Positions 30,834-40,602 of a stretch of 64,000 bases of DNA are shown piece by piece; within the stretch, counting starts at the first letter, position 1, and the number at the start of each line of letters is the position of its first letter. The DNA is from an uncultured cyanobacterium (lineage in GTDB: Bacteria; Cyanobacteriota; Cyanobacteriia; Phormidesmidales; Phormidesmidaceae): assembly GCA_963793265.1 (NCBI GenBank), contig CAWBZI010000004.1, forward strand, positions 512,001-576,000. The letters are read 5' to 3'. Below the pieces are notes generated by a model, which ran no database searches, was not told where the DNA came from, and saw nothing but the letters and a program-made list of their open reading frames with translations. A program made the position numbers and the translations under genes.

Positions 30834-31641
30834 CTATATTTGTGCGACTTGTGGAACGCAGTTTGCTCGAACACCGGAACCGCCGCCGCGCTGCCCTATC
30901 TGCGAAGACGAACGGCAGTATGTTGGTTCCGGTGGCCAGCAGTGGACGACGCTGCTTGAGCTACAAAAAGAACACCATAACCGCATTGAAAAGCAAGAAG
31001 AGAATCTGTATGGCATTGGCACAGAGCCTAAGTTTGCAATTGGACAGCGGGCGCTGTTGATTCAGTCAACGTCAGGAAACGTGCTATGGGACTGCATTAG
31101 CTTGGTGGACGATGAGACGGTTGAGCAGGTGAATGCGCTGGGTGGAGTAAGTGCGATCGCGATTTCTCATCCCCACTACTATGGCTCAGCGGTGGAGTGG
31201 GCACATGCTTTTGGGGTCAAGGTGTATCTGCATGAGCGCGATCACCAATGGATGCAAAGACCCGACAGCAGCATTGAGTTCTGGCAGGGCGAAACGCTTA
31301 AACTTCAGGAGAATATCACGCTGATTAGAGCGGGTGGCCATTTTGAAGGCGGCACCGTTTGTCACTGGATCTGTGGCGCTGATGAAGGTGAAGGGAGGCT
31401 TTTGACTGGTGATGTAATTCAAGTCGTCGCTGATAAGCGCTGGGTCAGCTTTATGTATAGCTACCCCAACTACATTCCACTACCTGCCGTCAAAGTCAGG
31501 CACATCCTAGATTCTGTAAAACCTTACAGCTTTGATCGCCTTTATGGTGCCTGGTGGACGGCTATTGTGGCTGATGATGCGAAGAATAGAGTGCGAGCTT
31601 CAGCCGAGCGATACATTAGAGCGATTGAAGTAGGAATTTGA
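30826..31641 (+). CDS. MBL-fold hydrolase with N-terminal CxxC..CxxC
   Basis: CATCG..CPIC, SHPHYY, GGHF, GD; 8-bp overlap with the upstream gene. Confidence 0.88.
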   Translation: MTNYICATCGTQFARTPEPPPRCPICEDERQYVGSGGQQWTTLLELQKEHHNRIEKQEENLYGIGTEPKFAIGQRALLIQSTSGNVLWDCISLVDDETVEQVNALGGVSAIAISHPHYYGSAVEWAHAFGVKVYLHERDHQWMQRPDSSIEFWQGETLKLQENITLIRAGGHFEGGTVCHWICGADEGEGRLLTGDVIQVVADKRWVSFMYSYPNYIPLPAVKVRHILDSVKPYSFDRLYGAWWTAIVADDAKNRVRASAERYIRAIEVGI

Positions 31642-31743
31642 CTGGCTTTGGGCAAATGTAGCAGAACAAAAAGTGTCATAGGGCGGTGGCGGTTATAGCA
31701 ATCGCTCCTAACATGGACAAACATTCAGCCCTAAAGGAGTCTT

Positions 31744-32049
31744 GTGATGTCTCGTGAGTCCGAAAATAGTCTGAACAAAACGCCTCAGATCGAAAGTGCC
31801 GAAAGTTCTCAGTACAGCGCGCTGACCAGCTTCTCAATCGGCTTTTTCTTCGGCAGTGTGGTTTTTTTATTGCTACTAGGCTCAATGGAAATGACGCACA
31901 CGCCGCTTTCTGAAGTGGGCACTGTCCCCCTAATCGTCGCAGCAGTGGTTCCTTTTATTTGTGGTGCGATCGCCGTTCGATTCAAGCACAGCTTTATTGA
32001 TAGCTTCACCGATCTGCTGTCGTCTGTCGGAAGTTCGCTGCCGTTTTAA
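31744..32049 (+). CDS. Small two-TM hypothetical protein
   Basis: Two hydrophobic helices; AAGGAG RBS-like sequence just upstream. Confidence 0.65.
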   Translation: MMSRESENSLNKTPQIESAESSQYSALTSFSIGFFFGSVVFLLLLGSMEMTHTPLSEVGTVPLIVAAVVPFICGAIAVRFKHSFIDSFTDLLSSVGSSLPF

Positions 32050-33755
32050 ACCTTTAACAGCTCTCGCTGCCAAGGGTTTGGGGTTCTCAGCAAACTCGCG
32101 ATCTCAGAAGCTACAACTGGCTTGCTAAAGTAATAGCCCTGAACTTCGGGGCAGTCATATCCTTTGATTTGGTTAAGCTGCTCCTCTGTTTCTATGCCTT
32201 CAGCAATCAGCCCCATCTGCAAGCCTTTAGCCAGTGCAACAATGGCCCTGGTTATTTCAGCCGCATCGTCACTGTGAACCATGTCTTTGACAAATGCCTG
32301 GTCGATTTTGAGAATATCGAAGGGGAATTTTCTTAAGTAGCTTAACGAAGAGTAGCCCGTGCCAAAATCATCTAGTGCCAAAGCAATGCCTTTGTCGTGC
32401 AGTGCTTGCAGCACCGATAGCGTGTGGTCAATGTCGCCCATCAGTAAGCTTTCAGTCACTTCTAGCTCTAGAAAGCGAGGCTCAAGCTCAGTTTCATCAA
32501 GCACCTGCTGAACGAGTTCAACCAGTCCAGGATGCTCAATTTGCCGGGCTGACAGATTAACGGCGACGGTAAAGTCGGGTAGACCAGACTGTTGCCATGC
32601 CTTACTCTGCGCGCAAGCCTGCCTTAATATCCACTCACCAATTGGCAATATCAGCCCCGTTTCTTCTGCTAGGGGGACAAACTCAGCAGGGGAGACTTTT
32701 CCTAGCTCGGGATGCTGCCAGCGCACTAAGCACTCTACCCCGACCATTTCGTTTTTGCTCCAGTCTATGCGGGGCTGATAGTGAAGAAATAGCTGATTGT
32801 TTTCAAGCGCACAGCTGAGGTCATTGGTGAGCTTTCTTCGCTTCTGTAGAATGGCGGCTAGCTCAGCAGAGTAAAATTCGTAGCTGCTATTGCCTTTGCG
32901 TTTTGCTTGCTGTAGCGCAGTGTAGGCGGTAGCAATAAGCTGCTCGGCGTCGTTGCCATCTGCCGGATACATAGAAATGCCGATGCTCACGCTCACACGA
33001 AGGGCATCTGAAAGACCTTCGTAAGGCTTGCTTAAAAGCGTGAGAATTTCCTGGGCGGTTGAGAAATCTGGCTTTAACGCATCGTCTTGATAGTGAAAAA
33101 TAGCGAATTCGTCATTGCCAAGTCGAGCTAAGCTGTCTTCGCTGCTGGTGTAGTGGGTTAGGCGCTGAGCGATCGCTCTCAATACGCGATCGCCAACACC
33201 ATTCCCCTCAATCCCATTCAAGCTCTGAAACCCATCGATATCAATGACATAAACGGCAACTTTTTGCTGTGGCTTTGTGGTCGCGATCGCCTTCGTTAGC
33301 TGCGACTTAAACACCTTTCGATTCGGCAGTCCTGTGAGATCGTCATAATCTTCAAGGCGACGAATCAGGTCATCTAGCTTTTTAACAATCTGGGTCGCAT
33401 TTGCCATCAATACACCCGCATCATCGGTATAGTCAGTCGGCAGATCAGGCAGCTTTTTCTTCTGCCAGTAGTCTCTTAGCGCCCGAGCCGTTTCTCCAAC
33501 TGGTGAAAGTAAGCTGTGCAAGGCCAGCAGCGTCGCGGCTGTACCTATGAGCGTTGCTACCAGCGCAATGCCAATCACTCGCAGCTTGTCGTCTGCGGCG
33601 ATTGTCGTGGTGCTAATGAAATAAAACAGTAGCGCCAGCAAAGGAATGTGAGTACCTGCAAAAGCAACGACCATCAGCTTGCTTTTATAGCTCTTGAGAT
33701 AGCTAATTCTTGAGAGAAAGAAGTAAAAGCTCATGCCTACCGAAGGAAATTTCAT
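32046..33755 (-). CDS. Membrane GGDEF-EAL protein
   Basis: DDLTGLPNR, RLGNDEF, ECL, DDFGTGYSS; start could be 33788, 33755 or 33734. Confidence 0.92.
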   Translation of the reverse strand: MKFPSVGMSFYFFLSRISYLKSYKSKLMVVAFAGTHIPLLALLFYFISTTTIAADDKLRVIGIALVATLIGTAATLLALHSLLSPVGETARALRDYWQKKKLPDLPTDYTDDAGVLMANATQIVKKLDDLIRRLEDYDDLTGLPNRKVFKSQLTKAIATTKPQQKVAVYVIDIDGFQSLNGIEGNGVGDRVLRAIAQRLTHYTSSEDSLARLGNDEFAIFHYQDDALKPDFSTAQEILTLLSKPYEGLSDALRVSVSIGISMYPADGNDAEQLIATAYTALQQAKRKGNSSYEFYSAELAAILQKRRKLTNDLSCALENNQLFLHYQPRIDWSKNEMVGVECLVRWQHPELGKVSPAEFVPLAEETGLILPIGEWILRQACAQSKAWQQSGLPDFTVAVNLSARQIEHPGLVELVQQVLDETELEPRFLELEVTESLLMGDIDHTLSVLQALHDKGIALALDDFGTGYSSLSYLRKFPFDILKIDQAFVKDMVHSDDAAEITRAIVALAKGLQMGLIAEGIETEEQLNQIKGYDCPEVQGYYFSKPVVASEIASLLRTPNPWQRELLKV

Positions 33756-34061
33756 GCAGGTGCTCCCATCTAACGAGTGGCCAGGCACCTACAAGGTTAT
33801 ATTAACTACCTGACTTGCTAGCTATAGAACCGTAGAATTTCGGTTGCTTTTCACCCTAGCTTTAATTTATTGAGCGCTTATGCGGATTCTCGTGAAGATT
33901 TCGTAGTTGATTGCGGTTTTTAGAGACGTGGGGGCTGCGTGGGGATGCGTAGCGTAGATGTATTGATGGAAGGTGCAAGAGGGCGCAACAGAAAAAGACG
34001 ACCCCTATCAAAAGGAATCGCCTCTTTCAATATCTCTAAACTAAATGCGCCGCCTAATTTA

Positions 34062-35429
34062 CTAAGCTTCGCCCGTAATCGACAGCTCACTCACCCAAAC
34101 GCGAGGAGAGATACCGCCAGCAGTCACCTCAGCTTCAGGCTCAAGATACAAAATGCTGTTGAGCACTTCTCTAAAGTCTCCGGCTACCGTCGCAGATTCT
34201 ACGCTAATGCGCTTGCCGTCTTTAATTAGCCAGCCGTCAAAAGGCAAAGAGAAAGATCCTTGGAGTGAATTAACGCCCGCATGAAGCGCCTGCAATTCAT
34301 CAATCAAAACAACACCATCCGCGCTGTCTAACTGATAGGAACTGTCTTCTTTATCGCCTGCAGCAACGACTAAATAGTTAAGCCCAACACTCACCTTTGC
34401 ACCAATGCTTGCATGACCTGTCGGTTCAGCATTCATCCGCTTAGCGGTGCCCGCACTGTGTAAAAAGTTCTTCAGCGCACCTTTCTCAATCAGGGCCAAA
34501 CGGCGCGTCGGCGTACCTTCTCCATCGAAGGTTTCAGCCGAGACATTCTCAGCATTCAGCTCGTCATCGTATACGTTTAGCAAGGGGCTTGCGACCTGTT
34601 TGCCAATCGAGTCAACGGTAGATAAACTGCGATTGTCCAACACGCTTTGAGCGTTGTACATGTTAGAAAAAGCGCTGAGCAAGCTCAAGAAAGCTTCGGC
34701 TGAAAAGACAACCGGATACTTGCCTGACTCAATTTTTTCGTAGTCTAAATGACTGATGGTTTTATCAGCCGCTTCTTGGGTACAGCCTTTCACGTCAAGC
34801 TGAGCCAAGCCATTTTTGAACCGCATGGCTCCGGCGGCGCGAGGCTTGCGGCCCTCTTGCTCGGTTTTACCATACAGATAAATTGAGGCGTATGAGCGTT
34901 CTTCGCTGCGCCGCGCCCCTTCGCTGTTGAGGTAAAAGCGTTCGATTTCACGCTGGGCGATGCCATTGTAAGGAACAGATGCGATCGCCTCATGTGATTC
35001 CAACACCCCTTTCTCTGCACCCACCAAAGCCTCAATCAGCTCAGGCACAGGCGCAGGCTCAGCAACCGGCACATTCACCTCAACCGTTGGCGCAGTCGCC
35101 TGCGGGCTAAAGTCAGGCGCGTTCTCTTTGACGCCAAAAGCACTCGCTTCATAGGCCGTTTTAAGCGCCATTTCCAGCCCGGTTTCATCTACATCTGTTG
35201 TAGAAGTCACGCCAATCTGGTTTTTATCATTCCATACGCGCACAATCACGCTCGAACGGTTAGAGGCTTTGACCTGTTTGGGCTCGCCTTTGTCTACCTG
35301 AACGCTGGTTTCGTCTACAGAGGAGCCATAGATGTCGTATTTAGCAATGCTGAGCTTTTGTGCGATCGCCTCAGCCTGCTGCGCAATGGTTTGAACCTTG
35401 GATGTTTTCTCTGTTGTTTTATCTGGCAT
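34062..35429 (-). CDS. pmbA: TldE/PmbA family protein
   Basis: FDGEGTPT, GSFSLP; lacks HExxH; lies directly after tldD. Confidence 0.88.
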   Translation of the reverse strand: MPDKTTEKTSKVQTIAQQAEAIAQKLSIAKYDIYGSSVDETSVQVDKGEPKQVKASNRSSVIVRVWNDKNQIGVTSTTDVDETGLEMALKTAYEASAFGVKENAPDFSPQATAPTVEVNVPVAEPAPVPELIEALVGAEKGVLESHEAIASVPYNGIAQREIERFYLNSEGARRSEERSYASIYLYGKTEQEGRKPRAAGAMRFKNGLAQLDVKGCTQEAADKTISHLDYEKIESGKYPVVFSAEAFLSLLSAFSNMYNAQSVLDNRSLSTVDSIGKQVASPLLNVYDDELNAENVSAETFDGEGTPTRRLALIEKGALKNFLHSAGTAKRMNAEPTGHASIGAKVSVGLNYLVVAAGDKEDSSYQLDSADGVVLIDELQALHAGVNSLQGSFSLPFDGWLIKDGKRISVESATVAGDFREVLNSILYLEPEAEVTAGGISPRVWVSELSITGEA

Positions 35430-35430
35430 C

Positions 35431-36912
35431 TTATCGACCTCCTACTGTAATGTCGTCTACTCGAATATGCGGCTGACCCACCGTCACGTATACGCTACCG
35501 CTCACCGAGCCGCAAAACCCTGGGGCCAAACTAATATCATTCGAGCACATCGAAATCTTGTTCATAATTCCAGTGGCCTCGCCAATCAAGGTTGCGCCTT
35601 TTAGCGGCTTGGTAATCTTGCCGTTCTCAATCAGATACGCTTCATCCACCGAGAAGTTAAACTGCCCCGTTGGCCCAACGCTACCGCCGCCCATCTTTTT
35701 GCAATAGATCCCTTTTTCAACTGAAGCAAACAGCTCATCTACCGTGTGCTCGCCAGGTGCGATAAACGTATTACGCATTCGAGAAGCCGCGGCAAACGTG
35801 TAGCCCTGACGGCGACCGCTGCCCGTACGCGGATGACCCGTGCGCATTTCGCCCGCCCGATCAGAGATAAAGTTCTTCAAAATGCCATTTTCAATCAGCA
35901 GCGTCCGCTGAACCGGCATTCCCTCATCGTCCATGTCAATCGTGCCAAACGATTCAGTCGAAAGCCCTTCATCCCATGCTGTCAAACTCTCATGAGCCAC
36001 CTTTTGCCCTTTCTTGTTCATGAAAGGCGTGGTTTCTTTTTCAATTTGAGTTGTCTCTAGCAGATGGCCGCAGGCTTCGTGAAAAATCACGCCGCCAAAG
36101 TGGTTCGCCATAATAATCGGATAGTTGCCCGACTCGACATAATCGGCATAGAGCATTTTGCCTGCTGCCTCAGCTACCTTGGCCGCCGTCTCCTCATAAT
36201 CCCAAGCCGTTAGGAAGCTAGGGTCACCCGTGTTGCCCAACCGCTCACCAATGGAGGAGCGATGCTCGCCGTCAGCGCACAGTAGGTTGAAGCCCACTGA
36301 CTGAGTAAGGCGAATATCACGCGCGAAAGTCCCGTCGCTAGAGGCTACTAATACCTCTTGCCAGTCGCGAAAGTAAGCTGCCCTGCGCGCTTGGACATGC
36401 TCCGCTTTTCTCGCCAGCGCTGCATTTGCTTCTAAAAGCACCTCGCCCATCGTCTGCATAGACACGCAGCTCGCTAGCCAGTTTTCTTTGGCCCGGCTAG
36501 CGCCATAGTCCCGCAGTGGCTCCAGATTAATCTCTGGAATATTGGCATGAGGCCCTGGTAGCTCTAGGCCCATAATAGCGAGCCCTTTTTCTAACGCCGT
36601 CTTTAGCCCTTCAAAAGAGAGGTCGTTGGTGCTGACATAGCAGTCAGACTTGCCCTTGAATACGCGTACGCCTGCGCCCGACACTAAGCTAGGTGAAATG
36701 CTGGTAATCGCGTCGTCTTCGGCCAGGCAGCTAATGTAGTTTTTGCGCTCTAAAAAGAACTCTACAAAGTCAGCGCCGACCGCACGGCCTAAGCCTAAAA
36801 GAGTAGCCAGTGGCGCTTCCCAGGTTTGATCGAAGCGGTCGGGTGTGGCGGTATAGGTGAGTGAGGGAATTTGTTCTAAGCGCAGAGGCTGTTCAAAAAT
36901 GGCGGCTGGCAT
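35431..36912 (-). CDS. tldD: TldD metalloprotease
   Basis: HEACGH, DDEG, SRMRNT, GFCGS. Confidence 0.92.
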   Translation of the reverse strand: MPAAIFEQPLRLEQIPSLTYTATPDRFDQTWEAPLATLLGLGRAVGADFVEFFLERKNYISCLAEDDAITSISPSLVSGAGVRVFKGKSDCYVSTNDLSFEGLKTALEKGLAIMGLELPGPHANIPEINLEPLRDYGASRAKENWLASCVSMQTMGEVLLEANAALARKAEHVQARRAAYFRDWQEVLVASSDGTFARDIRLTQSVGFNLLCADGEHRSSIGERLGNTGDPSFLTAWDYEETAAKVAEAAGKMLYADYVESGNYPIIMANHFGGVIFHEACGHLLETTQIEKETTPFMNKKGQKVAHESLTAWDEGLSTESFGTIDMDDEGMPVQRTLLIENGILKNFISDRAGEMRTGHPRTGSGRRQGYTFAAASRMRNTFIAPGEHTVDELFASVEKGIYCKKMGGGSVGPTGQFNFSVDEAYLIENGKITKPLKGATLIGEATGIMNKISMCSNDISLAPGFCGSVSGSVYVTVGQPHIRVDDITVGGR

Positions 36913-37091
36913 ACTGAATCACAAGTCCTTGGCGATAATCTCTATCCTTCAGCTTACCAAATGCGTCGATAGATGGGGCCGCTCACGGGCTGACGGTTTT
37001 CTCTACACGTGTAGACGGTACTCAAAACACTCAGGGCATTCTCATAGATAGAACCAAAATGCCTTGAAGGCGATCGCCTAGCTCTAAAAAC

Positions 37092-39681
37092 ATGAAACGA
37101 AGACTCTTCTTACTATCTCTACTTAGCGTTGTCACATTTGGTCGCACCGCGCGAGCACAGGTCATCAGCGACCAGCAAGGCACCTTTGTCAACAGCAGCC
37201 CGGCTGGTCACGTCATCATCAACACAGACCCTTCTCAGCAGCAGAACATATTTCATAGCTTCAGCCAGCTCAACACGACAGATGGAAGACTAATTAACTT
37301 TGTCGTTGGCCCTGACACGCGCAACGTCATTAGCCGGGTGACCGATACACCGACGGCTATTAACGGCATTGTCACGATCACCTCAGACGGTTTCAATCTT
37401 GCGCCTAATGTCGATTTGTTTCTACTGAGCCCTAAAGGTATCAGCTTTGGCCCCAACAGCATTACGAATATAGACGGTGCGTTTGTTGCCAGCACAGCTA
37501 GCGGGCTAGTCTTTGCCGATAGCACTGTATTTAACGCCGAGGCGGCTGGGCCTGCCACGCTTACAATCAGCACGCCAATCGGATTGCAGCTTGGCAATCG
37601 CCCAGCGCCTATCCAAGTGCAAGGGATTAATCACGTCTCTCCTACGGGCGGACTCAATACGCTATGGCGTGGACAAAATTTGTACTGGTCGGGGGAGACG
37701 TTAATTTCGATGGGGGCGGGGTGCGCCTAGCTGGTGGACGGTTACAGATAGCCGGATTGTCGGCGGCAGGGACGGTATCGCTAACAGATAGCAGTGCCTC
37801 TTCCGGGCGGTTTTTTGAGTGCGACGCTGCCCGATAAAATATTGCGTGCCGATGTTGACCTAAGCAACAATGCTCAGCTATTTGCGAATGGCCCAGTCGA
37901 AAGTGTTAGCATTGATGCCCGTAATTTGACGGCAGCTAGCAATCCCAGGGACGCCAACTGATGAGAGCACCGCAATACTATCTGGTCTATTTGCAGGTAT
38001 GTCGCTGCCCTATCAAACCGGCGATATCAATATTGATGCAACTGGCAGCGTCAATCTCACTCAAAGCAATATCTACAGTGCTCTAGACTTTGGCGCAGTT
38101 GGCAGCGTGGGCAGTGTTGATCTCGAAGCGCGATCGCTCTATCTTACAGACGGCGCTCAAATTGGGACGATTGGCCGGGGCACTGGAGACTTAGGCGATC
38201 TCACTGTTCGTATTGATGAGAGCATTGTTCTAGATGGCAAAAACAGCCTTTCTGATAGGCTTACAGGACTCTATAGCTTAGTAGGCGATTTGTTTGAACA
38301 AGAAGGGAGCGGCCAAGTTGGAGACGTTAACGTGTTTGCCAATGATTTGAAGATAATCAATGGCGCACTGATCACCGCTAGTACGCTGGGAGATGGAAAT
38401 GCAGGCAATCTCAATATCGAGGTAGATGAGAGTATTTTGCTAGAAGGCATTAACGATGTAAGCGGCATCGTTAGCAGTATCTCTAGCTCGGCTGAGTTTA
38501 CCGCCAGAGGCGACGGTGGCAGTGTCGATATTGACGCCTCAGATCTCACAATTAATCAAGGCGCGGCTGTTTTTGGACGAACGCAGGGTCAGGGAAACGC
38601 TGGCGATATCATCCTAGATGTGGATAATTTGAATATTCAAAACGGTGGCCAGATCGTCACCACTAGCTTCACGGCAGGTTCAGCGGGTGATATTACCGTT
38701 ACTGCCGGTCGCGTTCAGCTTTCGGGCACCGATCCGACTTACAACGAGCGGGTCGCGCTGACGCCTTTTAATGCGCTAGGCGGAGAGGCTAGCGGCATTT
38801 ATGCCAACACCTTTGACAATGGCGTTATTACGTCTACGGGTGCGGGCGGTAGCATCACTATTACTACAGGCGATTTGTCATTGAGCGATCGCGCGCAGCT
38901 CAGCGTCAGCTCCCAGGGCACGGGGGCTGCTGGAAGCCTGGATATTACAGCCAAGCAGCAGGTGCGGCTTGCTCGCGGCACCATACAGGCTGAGTCGCGG
39001 GGCGGCAGTGAAGGGAATGTGGTGATCGCTGCGCCTGTTTTGCTGTTGAGCGATCGCGCTCAAATCACCACCAGCGCTACCGGCACTGCCACGGGCGGCA
39101 ACATCACGCTTAACACGCCGCTGATTGTGGGCCGAGGCAATAGCGATATTGTTGCCAGGGCGACGCAGGGCGCAGGCGGCAGTATAAGCGTCAATGCATC
39201 CGGTTTGTTCGGCATTGCCCCGCGCCCTGCGCTAACGCCCAGCAGCGATATCAACGCCAGTTCTGAAGTCGGTATTGACGGCACTGTCGCAATTACCACG
39301 CCTGATATCGATCCTGATAGCGGTCTTGTTGAGCTGCCTGCAAACCCAACCGATGCCGCAAATCAGCTCACGGCTGGCTGTAGTGGCGGTCAAGGTCAAT
39401 TTATTGCCACTGGCAGAGGTGGACTACCCATGAATCCGAGTCTTATCGCGGAGAGCAATCGTCCTTGGCAAGATTTTCGAGCGATCGCAAATCTTCCTAC
39501 TCAACCTATCCCGCTCTCTTCTCTTCCAACCTCAACTTCTGACAAGACTATCGCTGAGTCGGTTGAGCCAACTGAGCCGATTGCAGAAGCCGCTAACTGG
39601 AGCCTTAATGAGAACAACGAGATTGTCTTACTAGCGGCTAATCACCTCAACCTTGATCAGGCAGCTTGTTTGAGCCAGTAG
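37092..39681 (+). pseudogene. Filamentous haemagglutinin-family (TpsA-like) protein broken by three frameshifts
   Basis: N-terminal TPS domain (NIFHSFSQ, NVISRVT); AGDITVTA-type repeats; C-terminal FIATGRGGLP. The coding frame can be traced through 37680-37998 with three shifts. Confidence 0.85.
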
Positions 39682-39753
39682 CTCTAGAATTAGCAACAAG
39701 TCGCCCAGCACTATAATTCTGAGGTGTCCTGCTGCATTCTCACAGGTTTTGCT

Positions 39754-40146
39754 ATGGTTCTCACGCTTCTCTCGCTGGTCGTTGGCTATCTTACCATTAG
39801 CGTGAGCACTGCTTTGCTATACGCCACCTGGCTAAGCGGCGCAGGAAACACTATCACGCCTCAGTTTTTAGCCTTTGCTTCGATTTGTGGTTTAGGTTTT
39901 ACCACACTCGGCGGCTGGTTGGCGGCTTTAGTCGCGCAAAGGGCTCCTGTGATTCATGCGATCGCCCTCTCCCTAATACTCACAATCATATGGAGCTTCT
40001 ACACCTTTACTAGCGAGCCACAAGAGCCACTAACCCTATCACTGCTAAACTTGGCAATCGGCACAACTGGCGTCATGACAGGCGGCTGGATTCGCCTGCG
40101 ACAGATGAAGGCTCAAAACAGAAAAATCTCTGATGAACAAACCTAG
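39754..40146 (+). CDS. Four-TM hypothetical membrane protein
   Basis: Hydrophobic helices and GGWLAA motif; ATG at 39754. Confidence 0.7.
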   Translation: MVLTLLSLVVGYLTISVSTALLYATWLSGAGNTITPQFLAFASICGLGFTTLGGWLAALVAQRAPVIHAIALSLILTIIWSFYTFTSEPQEPLTLSLLNLAIGTTGVMTGGWIRLRQMKAQNRKISDEQT

Positions 40147-40230
40147 CCAGCAGCTTTATCACGAGTTAGCAAAGACACGATTCAGCAAGGACGCAATGTA
40201 ACCAAGGACACAATGCAACAAAGAGAGAGT

Positions 40231-40602
40231 TCATGCCGCTAATAGCTCATCTAATAGCGCCAGTAACGCTTCATGATCCACTGGCTTCACCATATGAGCA
40301 TCAAACCCCGCTGCTTTAGCCTGCTGCCGATCTTCCGGCTGGCCCCATCCCGTCAACGCTATCAGCACCATCTTTTCACCCCAGGGCTGCGAGCGAATTT
40401 TGCGGGCAACCTCGTAACCACTCAGTCCAGGCAGACCAATATCTAACAGCGCCGCATCAGGTTGAAAAGACGCTGCAACCTCTACAGCGTCTATGCCGCT
40501 ATAAGCCGATCGGGTTTCGTGCTCTGCTATCTCAAAGAGAATTTCTAGCGTCATCACCGAATCTTCGTTATCGTCTACGATCAAAATTCGACGGGTTTTC
40601 AT
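40231..40602 (-). CDS. Single-domain response regulator
   Basis: ILIVDDN, LLDIGLP, GFDAHMVKP. Confidence 0.88.
   Translation of the reverse strand: MKTRRILIVDDNEDSVMTLEILFEIAEHETRSAYSGIDAVEVAASFQPDAALLDIGLPGLSGYEVARKIRSQPWGEKMVLIALTGWGQPEDRQQAKAAGFDAHMVKPVDHEALLALLDELLAA

Noticed and set aside
33990..34028. Terminator after pmbA
   Set aside because: The stem has several mismatches and is too weak to call.
34062..36912. TldD/TldE as part of a microcin or RiPP cluster
   Set aside because: This is a widespread housekeeping pair, and no precursor or YcaO-type gene is nearby.
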